Notes: generated by a model from the sequence alone, not told the origin. DNA of 64,000 nt from Escherichia coli (GCF_017348835.2 NZ_CP071375.1); one strand, 5' to 3'; counted from the first letter of the stretch, positions 21,984-34,506 are shown. Translations and numbers: made by a program.

Positions 21984-22892
21984 ATGGCTGCCATTAATAC
22001 GAAAGTCAAAAAAGCCGTTATCCCCGTTGCGGGATTAGGAACCAGGATGTTGCCGGCGACGAAAGCCATCCCGAAAGAGATGCTGCCACTTGTCGATAAG
22101 CCATTAATTCAATACGTCGTGAATGAATGTATTGCGGCTGGCATTACTGAAATTGTGCTGGTTACACACTCATCTAAAAACTCTATTGAAAACCACTTTG
22201 ATACCAGTTTTGAACTGGAAGCAATGCTGGAAAAACGTGTAAAACGTCAACTGCTTGATGAAGTGCAGTCTATTTGTCCGCCGCACGTAACTATTATGCA
22301 AGTTCGTCAGGGGCTGGCGAAAGGCCTGGGACACGCGGTATTGTGTGCTCACCCGGTAGTGGGTGATGAACCTGTGGCTGTTATTTTGCCTGACGTTATT
22401 CTGGATGAATATGAATCCGATTTGTCACAGGATAACCTGGCAGAGATGATCCGCCGCTTTGATGAAACGGGTCATAGCCAGATCATGGTTGAACCGGTTG
22501 CTGATGTGACCGCATATGGCGTTGTGGATTGCAAAGGCGTTGAATTAGCGCCGGGTGAAAGCGTACCGATGGTTGGCGTGGTTGAAAAACCAAAAGCGGA
22601 TGTTGCGCCGTCTAATCTCGCTATTGTGGGTCGTTACGTACTTAGCGCGGATATTTGGCCGTTGCTGGCAAAAACCCCTCCGGGAGCTGGTGATGAAATT
22701 CAGCTCACCGACGCAATTGATATGCTGATCGAAAAAGAAACGGTTGAAGCCTATCATATGAAAGGGAAGAGCCATGACTGCGGTAATAAATTAGGTTACA
22801 TGCAGGCCTTCGTTGAATACGGTATTCGTCATAACACCCTTGGCACGGAATTTAAAGCCTGGCTTGAAGAAGAGATGGGCATTAAGAAGTAA
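21984..22892 (+). CDS. galU: UTP-glucose-1-phosphate uridylyltransferase GalU, 302 aa
   Basis: Protein and synteny. Confidence 0.92.
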
Positions 22893-22916
22893 CATCCGTA
22901 TCGGTGTTATCCACGA

Positions 22917-22948
22917 AACGGCGTTGAGCAATCGACGCCGTTTTTTTA
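22917..22948 (+). terminator. Rho-independent terminator after galU
   Basis: AACGGCGTTGAGCAATCGACGCCGTT + T7. Confidence 0.65.
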
Positions 22949-22983
22949 TAGCTTATTCTTATTAAATTGTCTTAAACCGGACA

Positions 22984-23012
22984 ATAAAAAATCCCGCCGA
23001 TGGCGGGATTTT
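22984..23012 (-). terminator. Rho-independent terminator after hns
   Basis: AATCCCGCCGATGGCGGGATT hairpin with a T-run on the minus strand. Confidence 0.65.
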
Positions 23013-23035
23013 AAGCAAGTGCAATCTACAAAAGA

Positions 23036-23449
23036 TTATTGCTTGATCAGGAAATCGTCGAGGGATTTACCTTGCTCATCCATTGCTTTTTTGATTACAG
23101 CTGGAGTACGGCCCTGGCCAGTCCAGGTTTTAGTTTCGCCGTTTTCGTCAACGTAGCTATATTTTGCCGGACGCTGAGCACGTTTAGCTTTGGTGCCAGA
23201 TTTAACGGCGGCAAGGCTATTCAGCAGCTCGTTCGGGTCAATACCGTCAGCGATCAGCATTTCGCGATATTGCTGCAGTTTACGAGTGCGCTCTTCAACT
23301 TCAGCAGCAGCCGCGCTTTCTTCTTCGCGACGTTCGTTAACAACAACTTCTAATTTTTCCAGCATTTCTTCCAGCGTTTCAAGTGTACATTCTCTTGCCT
23401 GCGCACGAAGAGTACGGATGTTGTTCAGAATTTTAAGTGCTTCGCTCAT
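23036..23449 (-). CDS. hns: Nucleoid-associated protein H-NS, 137 aa
   Basis: [21 protein letters not shown]-terminus. Confidence 0.95.
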
Positions 23450-24052
23450 TGTAGTAATCTCAAACTTATATTGGGGTGGTTTGTTGAGGTAATAATAGAG
23501 CCTTAAATTCAGTTGTGCAATAGCCAGGAATGTAAGGAATTCAAAATTGTTCTTTATTTTGTGCCGCCAATAAATATCTTTTCATAAAATTAGCCAGAAA
23601 AGACGCGGCATATAGCCCTATTTGTACCGATGATTTCGCAGCACGTGAGGTTAAAACTTCCTGATTCATGTCACATTTTATGGGGAGATTATCGTAGGCT
23701 GACGACCTTTCAGTCTTCTGTATTAGTCGTGTTTACGAGAATTCCCTATTAAGCGAATGATGAAAAGTAGAACAGTCGCAATAAGAGCAGGGACTTAGTA
23801 TTGCACTATCTCCTGGAGGTCAACAGAGGGCTATTACTTGCGCAACAGGTTAAAGATTGTGAATAGTTACCAGCAGTCATTTACCCGCTTATAACAAGCG
23901 AGGCAGTTGTAATGATAGCTCAGAAGGATTATGCAAGGCTTCGTAAGGGAGAACGCATATACCACTTCTGTGCATACTGTTGAGCTGAAAAACTGACGAA
24001 TTATGATAAACTCCAGCCAACTTTATTTCATATCATTGAGGGCCTGTGGCTG

Positions 24053-24670
24053 ATGGCACAGCTATATTTCTACTATTCCGCAATGAATGCGGGTAAGTCT
24101 ACAGCATTGTTGCAATCTTCATACAATTACCAGGAACGCGGCATGCGCACTGTCGTATATACGGCAGAAATTGATGATCGCTTTGGTGCCGGGAAAGTCA
24201 GTTCGCGTATAGGTTTGTCATCGCCTGCAAAATTATTTAACCAAAATTCATCATTATTTGATGAGATTCGTGCGGAACATGAACAGCAGGCAATTCATTG
24301 CGTACTGGTTGATGAATGCCAGTTTTTAACCAGACAACAAGTATATGAATTATCGGAGGTTGTCGATCAACTCGATATACCCGTACTTTGTTATGGTTTA
24401 CGTACCGATTTTCGAGGTGAATTATTTATTGGCAGCCAATACTTACTGGCATGGTCCGACAAACTGGTTGAATTAAAAACCATCTGTTTTTGTGGCCGTA
24501 AAGCAAGCATGGTGCTGCGTCTTGATCAAGCAGGCAGACCTTATAACGAAGGTGAGCAGGTGGTTATTGGTGGTAATGAACGATACGTTTCTGTATGCCG
24601 TAAACACTATAAAGAGGCGTTACAAGTCGGCTCATTAACGGCTATTCAGGAAAGGCATCGCCACGACTAA
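24053..24670 (+). CDS. tdk: Thymidine kinase, 205 aa
   Basis: P-loop NAGKST near the N-terminus; synteny. Confidence 0.92.
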   Translation: MAQLYFYYSAMNAGKSTALLQSSYNYQERGMRTVVYTAEIDDRFGAGKVSSRIGLSSPAKLFNQNSSLFDEIRAEHEQQAIHCVLVDECQFLTRQQVYELSEVVDQLDIPVLCYGLRTDFRGELFIGSQYLLAWSDKLVELKTICFCGRKASMVLRLDQAGRPYNEGEQVVIGGNERYVSVCRKHYKEALQVGSLTAIQERHRHD

Positions 24671-24929
24671 TAAGAATTTCTTTACTGACAGGGTGAGCAG
24701 GGCACTTTTATCCTGTCAGTTCGTTTTACGCACTTCTTCCGGGCTATACACCCTTCTCGGCAGTTTTTTAACGCCGCTATACGCCTCACAGGGCTCTTAA
24801 GCACCGACGTTGACTTGTGACCTGTAAAGTACAGTATCCTGTGTTTAGGCGTTATACATCGTCGCAAATATGATGAAGGCTAATGCTGTCGGTTTATGGA
24901 AAAGTTGCTTTGGGTAAACAAAAAAACGG

Positions 24930-24941
24930 CCCCAGAAGGGG
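24930..24941. repeat. 12-bp target-site duplication CCCCAGAAGGGG, left copy, IS4 #2
   Basis: Identical 12-mer at 26368-26379. Confidence 0.9.
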
Positions 24942-26367
24942 TAATGCCAGTCAGTTAAGCAACTGACTGGCTCTTTTTCGGGGCTGTGGGGTATTTCCAG
25001 GGCCTCTCCTTTACCACTCTCGGGAAGGCCCTTTCCCTTCTTGTCGGTAATTTCACAAGTTGTCCCATACTTGCAAGATCGCGCATCAGCTCCGGTATAC
25101 GTCCCGGTGAAGCGCCCTGCAATGTCATCAGCATTCTCATCACCATTCCGCATGATTCTGAGAAGCTCAGTTGATTTGGCCAGTAACCTTTCAGATGTTC
25201 CGCCATTTTAATCATCTGATATCTCACCAGATTATAAGCCAGTAAGACACCCCACAGCTCTTGCTCCACAAGCTCAGGCTTTTTACTTCTCAGCGTCAGC
25301 CTGCTCAGTTGCATCGTCTGTTTTATCTCCCTGTATCCCAGTTCGATTTCCCAGCGATGACTGTACAGATCCGCCATTTCTCCTCCGGGGAAGCGCATGG
25401 CGTCCGTCATCGACGTCAGCAGATGGCAGACTTTTCCTTTGCGCGTCACGGTCAGCAGGCGGGCTGTCACCTCATTTCCCAGTCCCGGCCACTTTTTTCG
25501 TGCCTGCGGGCTGGTTTTCAGCTTCACCAGATGATCGCCTTTACCCAGTTTTCTGATCTCTTCATATTGCGCTCCCTTTCTGAGAGGGATCATCCAGTGG
25601 CGGTGTTCTCCCGCCAGGCTCCAGGCATTTAACAATCCCAGTGAGTAATAACCTTTATCCATTAACGTCAGAGTGTTATCGCCGGTTTGTTCTATAAGTT
25701 GCTCAGCAAGCTCATTTTCGCTGTTCTTCATCGTGCCGAAGGCTGCAGCCGTCAGCAGATGGCTGGTCAGTTCCATCTGGCAGACCATTTTGACCTGCGG
25801 GTAGAGCGCCGGGGTCCCGGCATGTGTCTGGCGAGGGAAGGCTGCATCGTTCTCTGGTGTATCCGGTGTGCGCCAGAACACACCATCGATGGCCAGCAGG
25901 GTCAGGCCGCACCAGTGCGGATGCGGCGTGGCGTTATGCCAGAGCTGCGCTGTTTTCGTGAACACGCGGCGGACAGCCTCACTTCCCAGGCGCTGGCGGG
26001 CCTGAATAACAGCACTGGGGGCAACGAAGGTGCGATTGCCCGGCAGCATGATGTCCAGGCGATTCACAATCTGGTGAAGAGGTTCTTTACGCTCAAGCGC
26101 CATGCCAACAATACACCAGACCATCATTTCGAGGGGAAGACGGCGCTTGCGTAGCGTTACAGTACCTGATTCGGCAAGGCAACGAGAGATGAGTTCGGGG
26201 TCGAGGTAATCTCCCAGAGAAGTCAGTGGGTTACGCAGAGAATCGTAACGGGATACCAGATCAAGAGCCTGTCCAATGTGCATAAAAAAATCCGGAAACG
26301 AGTGAGCGTTTCCGGATTCTTACACAGCCACTGGATCGGTCAACTGATCCTTAACTGATCGGCATTA
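24942..26367 (-). mobile_element. IS4: IS4 insertion sequence, 1426 bp, second copy, same orientation as the first
   Basis: Same terminal inverted repeats and identical encoded proteins as the copy at 191-1616; own 12-bp target-site duplication. Confidence 0.92.
24955..26283 (-). CDS. insG: IS4 transposase (442 aa)
   Basis: Protein identical to the 204-1532 ORF. Confidence 0.9.
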   Translation of the reverse strand: MHIGQALDLVSRYDSLRNPLTSLGDYLDPELISRCLAESGTVTLRKRRLPLEMMVWCIVGMALERKEPLHQIVNRLDIMLPGNRTFVAPSAVIQARQRLGSEAVRRVFTKTAQLWHNATPHPHWCGLTLLAIDGVFWRTPDTPENDAAFPRQTHAGTPALYPQVKMVCQMELTSHLLTAAAFGTMKNSENELAEQLIEQTGDNTLTLMDKGYYSLGLLNAWSLAGEHRHWMIPLRKGAQYEEIRKLGKGDHLVKLKTSPQARKKWPGLGNEVTARLLTVTRKGKVCHLLTSMTDAMRFPGGEMADLYSHRWEIELGYREIKQTMQLSRLTLRSKKPELVEQELWGVLLAYNLVRYQMIKMAEHLKGYWPNQLSFSESCGMVMRMLMTLQGASPGRIPELMRDLASMGQLVKLPTRRERAFPRVVKERPWKYPTAPKKSQSVA

Positions 26368-26379
26368 CCCCAGAAGGGG
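26368..26379. repeat. 12-bp target-site duplication CCCCAGAAGGGG, right copy, IS4 #2
   Basis: Exact match to 24930-24941. Confidence 0.9.
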
Positions 26380-26408
26380 CCGTTTATGTTGCCAGACAGC
26401 GCTACTGA

Positions 26409-29084
26409 TTAAGCGGATTTTTTCGCTTTTTTCTCAGCTTTAGCCGGAGCGGCTTCTTTTTTCGCTGCAGTTTCACCTTCTACATAATCACGACCGTAGT
26501 AGGTATCCAGCAGAATCTGTTTCAGCTCGGAGATCAGCGGGTAACGCGGGTTAGCGCCGGTGCACTGGTCATCGAATGCATCTTCAGACAGTTTATCCAC
26601 GTTCGCCAGGAAGTCTGCTTCCTGAACGCCAGCTTCACGGATAGATTTCGGAATACCCAGTTCAGCCTTCAGCGTTTCCAGCCATGCCAGCAGTTTCTCG
26701 ATCTTAGCAGCAGTACGGTCGCCCGGTGCGCTCAGACCCAGGTGGTCGGCAATTTCAGCATAACGACGGCGAGCCTGCGGACGGTCATACTGGCTGAATG
26801 CAGTCTGCTTGGTCGGGTTGTCGTTCGCATTGTAGCGAATAACGTTACAAATCAGCAGGGCGTTTGCCAGACCGTGCGGAATATGGAACTGGGAACCCAG
26901 TTTGTGCGCCATTGAGTGACATACACCCAGGAAGGCGTTCGCAAACGCGATACCCGCGATAGTCGCTGCACTGTGAACACGTTCACGCGCTACCGGATTT
27001 TTAGACCCTTCGTGGTAGGACGCTGGCAGATATTCTTTCAGCAGTTTCAGTGCCTGCAGAGCCTGACCATCAGAGAACTCAGATGCCAGTACAGAAACAT
27101 AAGCTTCCATGGCGTGAGTTACTGCGTCCAGACCACCGAAAGCACACAGGGACTTCGGCATGTCCATAACCAGGTTGGCGTCGACAATCGCCATATCCGG
27201 GGTCAGTGCATAGTCCGCCAGCGGGTATTTCTGACCAGTAGCGTCGTCAGTTACAACCGCAAACGGAGTGACTTCAGAACCTGTACCAGAAGTGGTGGTG
27301 ACAGCGATCATTTTCGCTTTCACGCCCATTTTCGGGAACTTGTAGATACGTTTACGGATATCCATAAAGCGCAGCGCCAGCTCTTCGAAGTGAGTTTCCG
27401 GATGTTCGTACATAACCCACATGATCTTCGCGGCGTCCATCGGGGAACCACCACCCAGCGCGATAATCACGTCTGGTTTGAAGGAGTTTGCCAGTTCTGC
27501 ACCTTTACGAACGATGCTCAGGGTCGGGTCCGCTTCTACTTCGAAGAAGACTTCAGTTTCAACGCCTGCTGCTTTCAGTACGGAAGTGATCTGATCAGCA
27601 TAACCATTGTTGAACAGGAAGCGGTCAGTCACGATGAGCGCACGTTTGTGGCCATCAGTAATCACTTCATCCAGCGCGATTGGCAGGGAGCCACGGCGGA
27701 AGTAGATAGATTTCGGAAGTTTGTGCCACAACATGTTTTCAGCTCGCTTAGCAACGGTTTTCTTGTTGATCAGGTGTTTCGGACCAACGTTTTCAGAGAT
27801 GGAGTTACCACCCCAGGAACCACAACCCAGAGTCAGGGAAGGTGCGAGTTTGAAGTTATACAGGTCACCGATACCACCCTGAGAAGCCGGGGTGTTAATC
27901 AGGATACGAGCCGTTTTCATTTTCTGACCGAAGTAAGAAACGCGAGCCGGTTGGTTATCCTGGTCAGTGTACAGGCAAGAGGTATGACCGATACCACCCA
28001 TAGCAACCAGTTTCTCTGCTTTTTCTACCGCGTCTTCGAAATCTTTAGCGCGGTACATTGCCAGAGTCGGGGACAGTTTTTCATGTGCGAACGGTTCGCT
28101 TTCATCAACAACGGTCACTTCACCGATCAGAATCTTGGTGTTTTCTGGTACAGAGAAGCCTGCCAGTTCAGCAATTTTATAGGCTGGCTGACCAACGATA
28201 GCCGCGTTCAGCGCACCGTTTTTCAGGATAACGTCCTGAACAGCTTTCAGCTCTTTACCCTGCAACAGATAGCCGCCGTGGGTTGCGAAACGTTCACGTA
28301 CTGCGTCATAAACAGAGTCAACAACAACAACGGACTGTTCAGAAGCACAGATTACGCCGTTGTCGAAGGTTTTGGACATCAGTACAGATGCAACTGCACG
28401 TTTGATATCAGCAGTTTCATCAATAACAACTGGAGTGTTACCCGCGCCTACACCGATAGCTGGTTTACCGGAGCTGTATGCGGCTTTAACCATGCCCGGA
28501 CCACCAGTCGCGAGGATCAGGTTGATGTCTGGGTGGTGCATCAGTGCGTTAGAAAGTTCAACAGAAGGTTGATCGATCCAGCCGATCAGATCTTTCGGAG
28601 CACCGGCAGCGATAGCAGCCTGCAGAACGATATCAGCCGCTTTGTTGGTGGCATCTTTTGCACGCGGGTGCGGGGAGAAGATAATGGCGTTACGGGTCTT
28701 CAGACTGATCAGCGATTTGAAGATAGCAGTTGAAGTCGGGTTAGTGGTCGGAACGATACCGCAAATAATACCGATTGGTTCAGCGATAGTGATGGTACCA
28801 AAAGTGTCGTCTTCAGACAGAACACCACAGGTTTTTTCATCTTTATAGGCGTTGTAGATATATTCAGAAGCAAAGTGGTTTTTGATCACTTTATCTTCGA
28901 CGATACCCATGCCGGATTCGGCAACGGCCATTTTCGCGAGTGGGATTCGAGCATCTGCAGCAGCCAGAGCGGCGGCGCGGAAGATTTTGTCTACTTGCTC
29001 TTGAGTGAAACTGGCATATTCACGCTGGGCTTTTTTTACACGCTCTACGAGTGCGTTAAGTTCAGCGACATTAGTAACAGCCAT
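26409..29084 (-). CDS. adhE: Bifunctional acetaldehyde-CoA / alcohol dehydrogenase AdhE, 891 aa
   Basis: Protein and synteny. Confidence 0.95.
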
Positions 29085-29560
29085 AATGCTCTCCTGATAA
29101 TGTTAAACTTTTTTAGTAAATCATCTGCTCGAATACGAGAGTATAGTCAGTGCGATGATGATTTGCTTAACCGATGAAAATCAAAAGCTTACTCGCGCTC
29201 ACACTCACTGTGATTTACTAAAAGAGTTTAAACATTAGAGTTATTATCTCTAATGCGTCACTTCCAGGTGGCGTAAGCAAGATTACTCACTTCTGGGTAC
29301 TGATTGCGTGATCCAAATCAAATTTTTGCAAAGCTGACACCTTTCAGCATCGCTTTTCGCCATTATAGCTAACAGTTAATAAATTGTAGTATGATTTGGT
29401 GGCTACATTAGCATGTTTTGCACAACTAGATAACAATAACGAATGATAGCAATTTTAAGTAGTTAGGAGGTGAAAAATGCTGTCAAAAGGCGTATTGTCA
29501 GCGCGTCTTTTCAACCTTATTTATGGCTAACATTATCCGGCTTTTGCTTCGGAGCTAACC

Positions 29561-30208
29561 GTGATTCAGACCCTTTTTGATTTTCCCGTTTACTTCAAAT
29601 TTTTCATCGGGTTATTTGCGCTGGTCAACCCGGTAGGGATTATTCCCGTCTTTATCAGCATGACCAGTTATCAGACAGCGGCAGCGCGAAACAAAACTAA
29701 CCTTACAGCCAACCTGTCTGTGGCCATTATCTTGTGGATCTCGCTTTTTCTCGGCGACACGATTCTACAACTTTTTGGTATATCAATTGATTCGTTCCGT
29801 ATCGCCGGGGGCATCCTGGTGGTGACGATAGCGATGTCGATGATCAGCGGCAAGCTTGGAGAGGATAAACAGAACAAGCAAGAAAAATCAGAAACCGCGG
29901 TACGTGAAAGCATTGGTGTGGTGCCACTGGCGTTGCCGTTGATGGCGGGGCCAGGGGCGATCAGTTCTACCATCGTCTGGGGTACGCGTTATCACAGCAT
30001 TAGCTATCTGTTTGGTTTCTTTGTGGCTATTGCATTGTTCGCTTTATGTTGTTGGGGATTGTTCCGCATGGCACCGTGGCTGGTACGGGTTTTACGCCAG
30101 ACCGGCATCAACGTGATTACGCGTATTATGGGGCTATTGTTGATGGCACTGGGGATTGAATTTATCGTTACTGGTATTAAGGGGATTTTCCCCGGCCTGC
30201 TTAATTAA
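29561..30208 (+). CDS. ychE: MarC-family inner membrane protein YchE, 215 aa (GTG start)
   Basis: Protein and synteny. Confidence 0.85.
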   Translation: MIQTLFDFPVYFKFFIGLFALVNPVGIIPVFISMTSYQTAAARNKTNLTANLSVAIILWISLFLGDTILQLFGISIDSFRIAGGILVVTIAMSMISGKLGEDKQNKQEKSETAVRESIGVVPLALPLMAGPGAISSTIVWGTRYHSISYLFGFFVAIALFALCCWGLFRMAPWLVRVLRQTGINVITRIMGLLLMALGIEFIVTGIKGIFPGLLN

Positions 30209-30945
30209 TTCCTTTCAAATGAAACGGAGCTGCCATGCTCCGTTTACTTTGTCATTATTTTTACTTTGTTCCTGCGCAGTTATCAAAAGCAAAAGGAATA
30301 GGTAAAAATATTCTTCTCAAATTACAGTTAGTTATAAGGATTTCCTTAACTGCTTCTCTTCACCATCATGTTAATTTCGCCACATCATAATCCTGGGCTT
30401 GCTGAAGAATAATTGAAATGATATTAGTAATTCCACTGCCTTTGGTAGAGGAAAGTGCTAAATAATAATCAATTGTTAAATTATTGTGCATTTCACTACC
30501 GGAACTGTAATCAGAAAAGATAGACATGCTTAACCAATCTCTATTTGATTGAATTGAAAGATGTTTGTTAAGACATGGATGCAAGCTATAGATTCTGATA
30601 CGGTCAATAAAAGAGAATTGCTTAACAATTTTGCAAAATGTATTGGCGAGTAAGAAGCGCATTTGGTACTTTCCGGGCAACCGCCAGGCGATTCTTTATT
30701 GGTAATGAGAATAATTAACAATTAAAGAGCGTCGCGAAAGAATAATGTGTCTCGACAGGGGAGACACAGTACGAATCGACATAAGGTGATCGTCTGAATC
30801 ACCAGAATAAATAAAGTCGGTGATAGCAATCCGTAACGATAAAGTAACCTGACAGCAGAAAGTCTCCGAGCCTGTGCAGGGTCCCATTCCGGGATTACAC
30901 ATGCTGGTTAATACCAGTAATTATAATGAGGGAGTCCAAAAAACA

Positions 30946-32577
30946 ATGACCAACATCACCAAGAGAAGTTTAGTAGCAGCTGGCGTTCTGGCTGCGCTAA
31001 TGGCAGGGAATGTAGCGCTGGCAGCTGATGTACCCGCAGGCGTCACACTGGCGGAAAAACAAACGCTGGTACGTAACAATGGTTCAGAAGTTCAGTCATT
31101 AGATCCGCACAAAATTGAAGGTGTTCCGGAGTCTAATATCAGCCGAGACCTGTTTGAAGGCTTACTGGTCAGCGATCTTGACGGCCATCCGGCACCTGGC
31201 GTCGCTGAATCCTGGGATAATAAAGACGCGAAAGTCTGGACCTTCCATTTGCGTAAAGATGCGAAATGGTCTGATGGCACGCCAGTCACAGCACAAGACT
31301 TTGTGTATAGCTGGCAACGTTCTGTTGATCCGAACACTGCTTCTCCGTATGCCAGTTATCTGCAATATGGGCATATCGCCGGTATTGATGAAATTCTTGA
31401 AGGGAAAAAACCGATTACCGATCTCGGCGTGAAAGCTATTGATGATCACACATTAGAAGTCACCTTAAGTGAACCTGTTCCGTACTTCTATAAATTACTT
31501 GTTCACCCATCAACTTCACCGGTGCCAAAAGCCGCTATCGAGAAATTCGGCGAAAAATGGACCCAGCCTGGTAATATCGTCACCAACGGTGCCTATACCT
31601 TAAAAGATTGGGTCGTAAACGAACGAATCGTTCTTGAACGCAGCCCGACCTACTGGAACAACGCGAAAACCGTTATTAACCAGGTAACCTATTTGCCTAT
31701 TGCTTCTGAAGTTACCGATGTCAACCGCTACCGTAGTGGTGAAATCGACATGACGTATAACAATATGCCGATCGAATTGTTCCAGAAGCTGAAAAAAGAG
31801 ATCCCGGACGAAGTTCACGTTGATCCATACCTGTGCACTTACTATTACGAAATTAACAACCAGAAACCGCCATTCAACGATGTGCGTGTGCGTACCGCAC
31901 TGAAACTAGGTATGGACCGCGATATCATTGTTAATAAAGTGAAAGCGCAGGGCGACATGCCCGCCTATGGTTACACTCCACCGTATACTGATGGCGCAAA
32001 ATTGACTCAGCCAGAATGGTTTGGCTGGAGCCAGGAAAAACGTAACGAAGAAGCGAAAAAACTGCTGGCTGAAGCGGGTTATACCGCAGACAAACCGTTG
32101 ACCATCAACCTGCTGTATAACACCTCCGATCTGCATAAAAAGCTGGCGATTGCTGCCTCTTCATTGTGGAAGAAAAACATTGGTGTAAACGTCAAACTGG
32201 TTAACCAGGAGTGGAAAACGTTCCTCGACACCCGTCACCAGGGCACTTTTGATGTGGCCCGTGCAGGCTGGTGTGCAGACTACAACGAACCAACTTCCTT
32301 CCTGAACACCATGCTGTCGAACAGCTCGATGAATACCGCGCATTATAAGAGCCCGGCCTTTGACAGCATTATGGCGGAAACGCTGAAAGTGACTGACGAG
32401 GCGCAGCGCACAGCTCTGTACACTAAAGCAGAACAACAGCTGGATAAGGATTCGGCCATTGTTCCTGTTTATTACTACGTGAATGCGCGTCTGGTGAAAC
32501 CGTGGGTTGGTGGCTATACCGGCAAAGATCCGCTGGATAATACCTATACCCGGAATATGTACATTGTGAAGCACTAA
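30946..32577 (+). CDS. oppA: Periplasmic oligopeptide-binding protein OppA, 543 aa
   Basis: Start set at the ATG giving MTNITKRSLVAAGVLAALMAGNVALA (signal peptide). Confidence 0.92.
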   Translation: MTNITKRSLVAAGVLAALMAGNVALAADVPAGVTLAEKQTLVRNNGSEVQSLDPHKIEGVPESNISRDLFEGLLVSDLDGHPAPGVAESWDNKDAKVWTFHLRKDAKWSDGTPVTAQDFVYSWQRSVDPNTASPYASYLQYGHIAGIDEILEGKKPITDLGVKAIDDHTLEVTLSEPVPYFYKLLVHPSTSPVPKAAIEKFGEKWTQPGNIVTNGAYTLKDWVVNERIVLERSPTYWNNAKTVINQVTYLPIASEVTDVNRYRSGEIDMTYNNMPIELFQKLKKEIPDEVHVDPYLCTYYYEINNQKPPFNDVRVRTALKLGMDRDIIVNKVKAQGDMPAYGYTPPYTDGAKLTQPEWFGWSQEKRNEEAKKLLAEAGYTADKPLTINLLYNTSDLHKKLAIAASSLWKKNIGVNVKLVNQEWKTFLDTRHQGTFDVARAGWCADYNEPTSFLNTMLSNSSMNTAHYKSPAFDSIMAETLKVTDEAQRTALYTKAEQQLDKDSAIVPVYYYVNARLVKPWVGGYTGKDPLDNTYTRNMYIVKH

Positions 32578-32662
32578 TGGCAATACGTGGGGCAGGAGTG
32601 TCCTGCTCCACGGTGTCTGATTTTTATCGCATTACAGAAGGCACAGGCCAGAAGGTAGGGCA

Positions 32663-33583
32663 ATGTTAAAATTTATTCTACGTCGCTGTCTGGAAGCGAT
32701 TCCGACGCTATTTATTCTTATTACTATTTCGTTCTTTATGATGCGCCTCGCGCCGGGAAGCCCTTTTACCGGCGAACGTACTTTACCGCCAGAAGTGATG
32801 GCCAATATCGAAGCGAAATATCATCTTAATGATCCAATCATGACACAGTATTTCAGCTACCTGAAACAACTGGCGCACGGTGATTTCGGTCCATCGTTTA
32901 AATATAAAGATTATTCGGTCAATGACCTGGTGGCATCCAGTTTTCCCGTTTCTGCCAAACTGGGAGCCGCAGCATTTTTCCTTGCGGTAATACTGGGTGT
33001 TAGTGCTGGCGTTATTGCCGCATTAAAACAAAACACCAAATGGGACTATACCGTGATGGGGCTGGCAATGACCGGGGTTGTTATCCCCAGTTTTGTGGTT
33101 GCGCCATTATTAGTCATGATATTTGCGATCATTTTGCATTGGCTGCCGGGCGGTGGCTGGAATGGTGGGGCGCTTAAATTCATGATATTGCCGATGGTGG
33201 CGTTGTCACTCGCTTATATCGCCAGTATTGCGCGTATTACCCGTGGCTCTATGATTGAAGTATTACACTCCAACTTTATTCGTACTGCCCGGGCGAAAGG
33301 GTTACCTATGCGGCGGATCATTTTACGCCACGCATTAAAACCTGCTCTGTTACCCGTGCTCTCCTATATGGGCCCCGCATTTGTCGGCATTATTACCGGT
33401 TCTATGGTTATCGAAACCATTTATGGTTTGCCGGGGATTGGGCAACTGTTCGTTAATGGCGCATTGAACCGTGACTATTCCTTAGTGTTAAGCCTGACCA
33501 TCCTGGTTGGTGCGTTAACCATTTTGTTTAATGCCATTGTCGATGTGCTATATGCGGTTATCGACCCGAAAATCCGTTACTGA
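32663..33583 (+). CDS. oppB: Oligopeptide ABC transporter permease OppB, 306 aa
   Basis: Protein and synteny. Confidence 0.92.
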   Translation: MLKFILRRCLEAIPTLFILITISFFMMRLAPGSPFTGERTLPPEVMANIEAKYHLNDPIMTQYFSYLKQLAHGDFGPSFKYKDYSVNDLVASSFPVSAKLGAAAFFLAVILGVSAGVIAALKQNTKWDYTVMGLAMTGVVIPSFVVAPLLVMIFAIILHWLPGGGWNGGALKFMILPMVALSLAYIASIARITRGSMIEVLHSNFIRTARAKGLPMRRIILRHALKPALLPVLSYMGPAFVGIITGSMVIETIYGLPGIGQLFVNGALNRDYSLVLSLTILVGALTILFNAIVDVLYAVIDPKIRY

Positions 33584-33597
33584 TACTGGAGCTCGCG

Positions 33598-34506
33598 ATG
33601 ATGTTAAGTAAGAAAAACAGCGAGACGCTGGAAAATTTCAGTGAAAAGCTGGAGGTCGAAGGGCGCAGCTTGTGGCAGGACGCACGTCGACGTTTTATGC
33701 ATAACCGTGCGGCGGTTGCCAGTCTGATAGTGCTGGTGCTGATCGCGTTATTTGTAATCCTGGCACCGATGCTTTCGCAGTTTGCCTATGACGATACTGA
33801 CTGGGCGATGATGTCCAGCGCCCCGGATATGGAGTCCGGTCACTACTTTGGTACTGACTCATCCGGTCGCGACCTGCTTGTGCGCGTTGCGATTGGCGGG
33901 CGTATCTCACTCATGGTCGGTGTTGCTGCGGCACTGGTGGCAGTGGTCGTGGGGACACTTTACGGTTCGCTTTCCGGTTATCTGGGCGGTAAAGTGGATT
34001 CGGTAATGATGCGTCTGCTGGAAATCCTCAACTCCTTCCCATTCATGTTCTTCGTCATTTTGCTGGTGACCTTTTTCGGCCAAAACATCCTGCTGATTTT
34101 CGTGGCGATTGGCATGGTTTCCTGGCTGGATATGGCTCGTATTGTGCGTGGGCAAACCCTGAGTCTGAAGCGCAAAGAGTTTATTGAGGCGGCACAAGTT
34201 GGCGGTGTATCGACGCCTGGCATTGTTATTCGTCACATTGTACCGAACGTACTCGGTGTGGTGGTGGTCTACGCATCGCTACTGGTGCCCAGCATGATCC
34301 TCTTTGAATCTTTCCTTAGCTTCCTGGGGTTGGGTACGCAAGAGCCGTTAAGCAGCTGGGGTGCATTGCTGAGTGATGGCGCGAACTCGATGGAAGTTTC
34401 TCCATGGTTACTGTTGTTCCCAGCGGGATTCCTCGTGGTGACGCTGTTTTGTTTCAACTTTATCGGCGATGGCTTGCGTGATGCCCTCGACCCGAAAGAT
34501 CGTTAA
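33598..34506 (+). CDS. oppC: Oligopeptide ABC transporter permease OppC, 302 aa
   Basis: Protein and synteny. Confidence 0.92.
   Translation: MMLSKKNSETLENFSEKLEVEGRSLWQDARRRFMHNRAAVASLIVLVLIALFVILAPMLSQFAYDDTDWAMMSSAPDMESGHYFGTDSSGRDLLVRVAIGGRISLMVGVAAALVAVVVGTLYGSLSGYLGGKVDSVMMRLLEILNSFPFMFFVILLVTFFGQNILLIFVAIGMVSWLDMARIVRGQTLSLKRKEFIEAAQVGGVSTPGIVIRHIVPNVLGVVVVYASLLVPSMILFESFLSFLGLGTQEPLSSWGALLSDGANSMEVSPWLLLFPAGFLVVTLFCFNFIGDGLRDALDPKDR

Noticed and set aside
26916-28733. 605-aa plus-strand ORF
   Set aside because: It lies entirely antisense within adhE; the long open frame is a codon-bias artefact.
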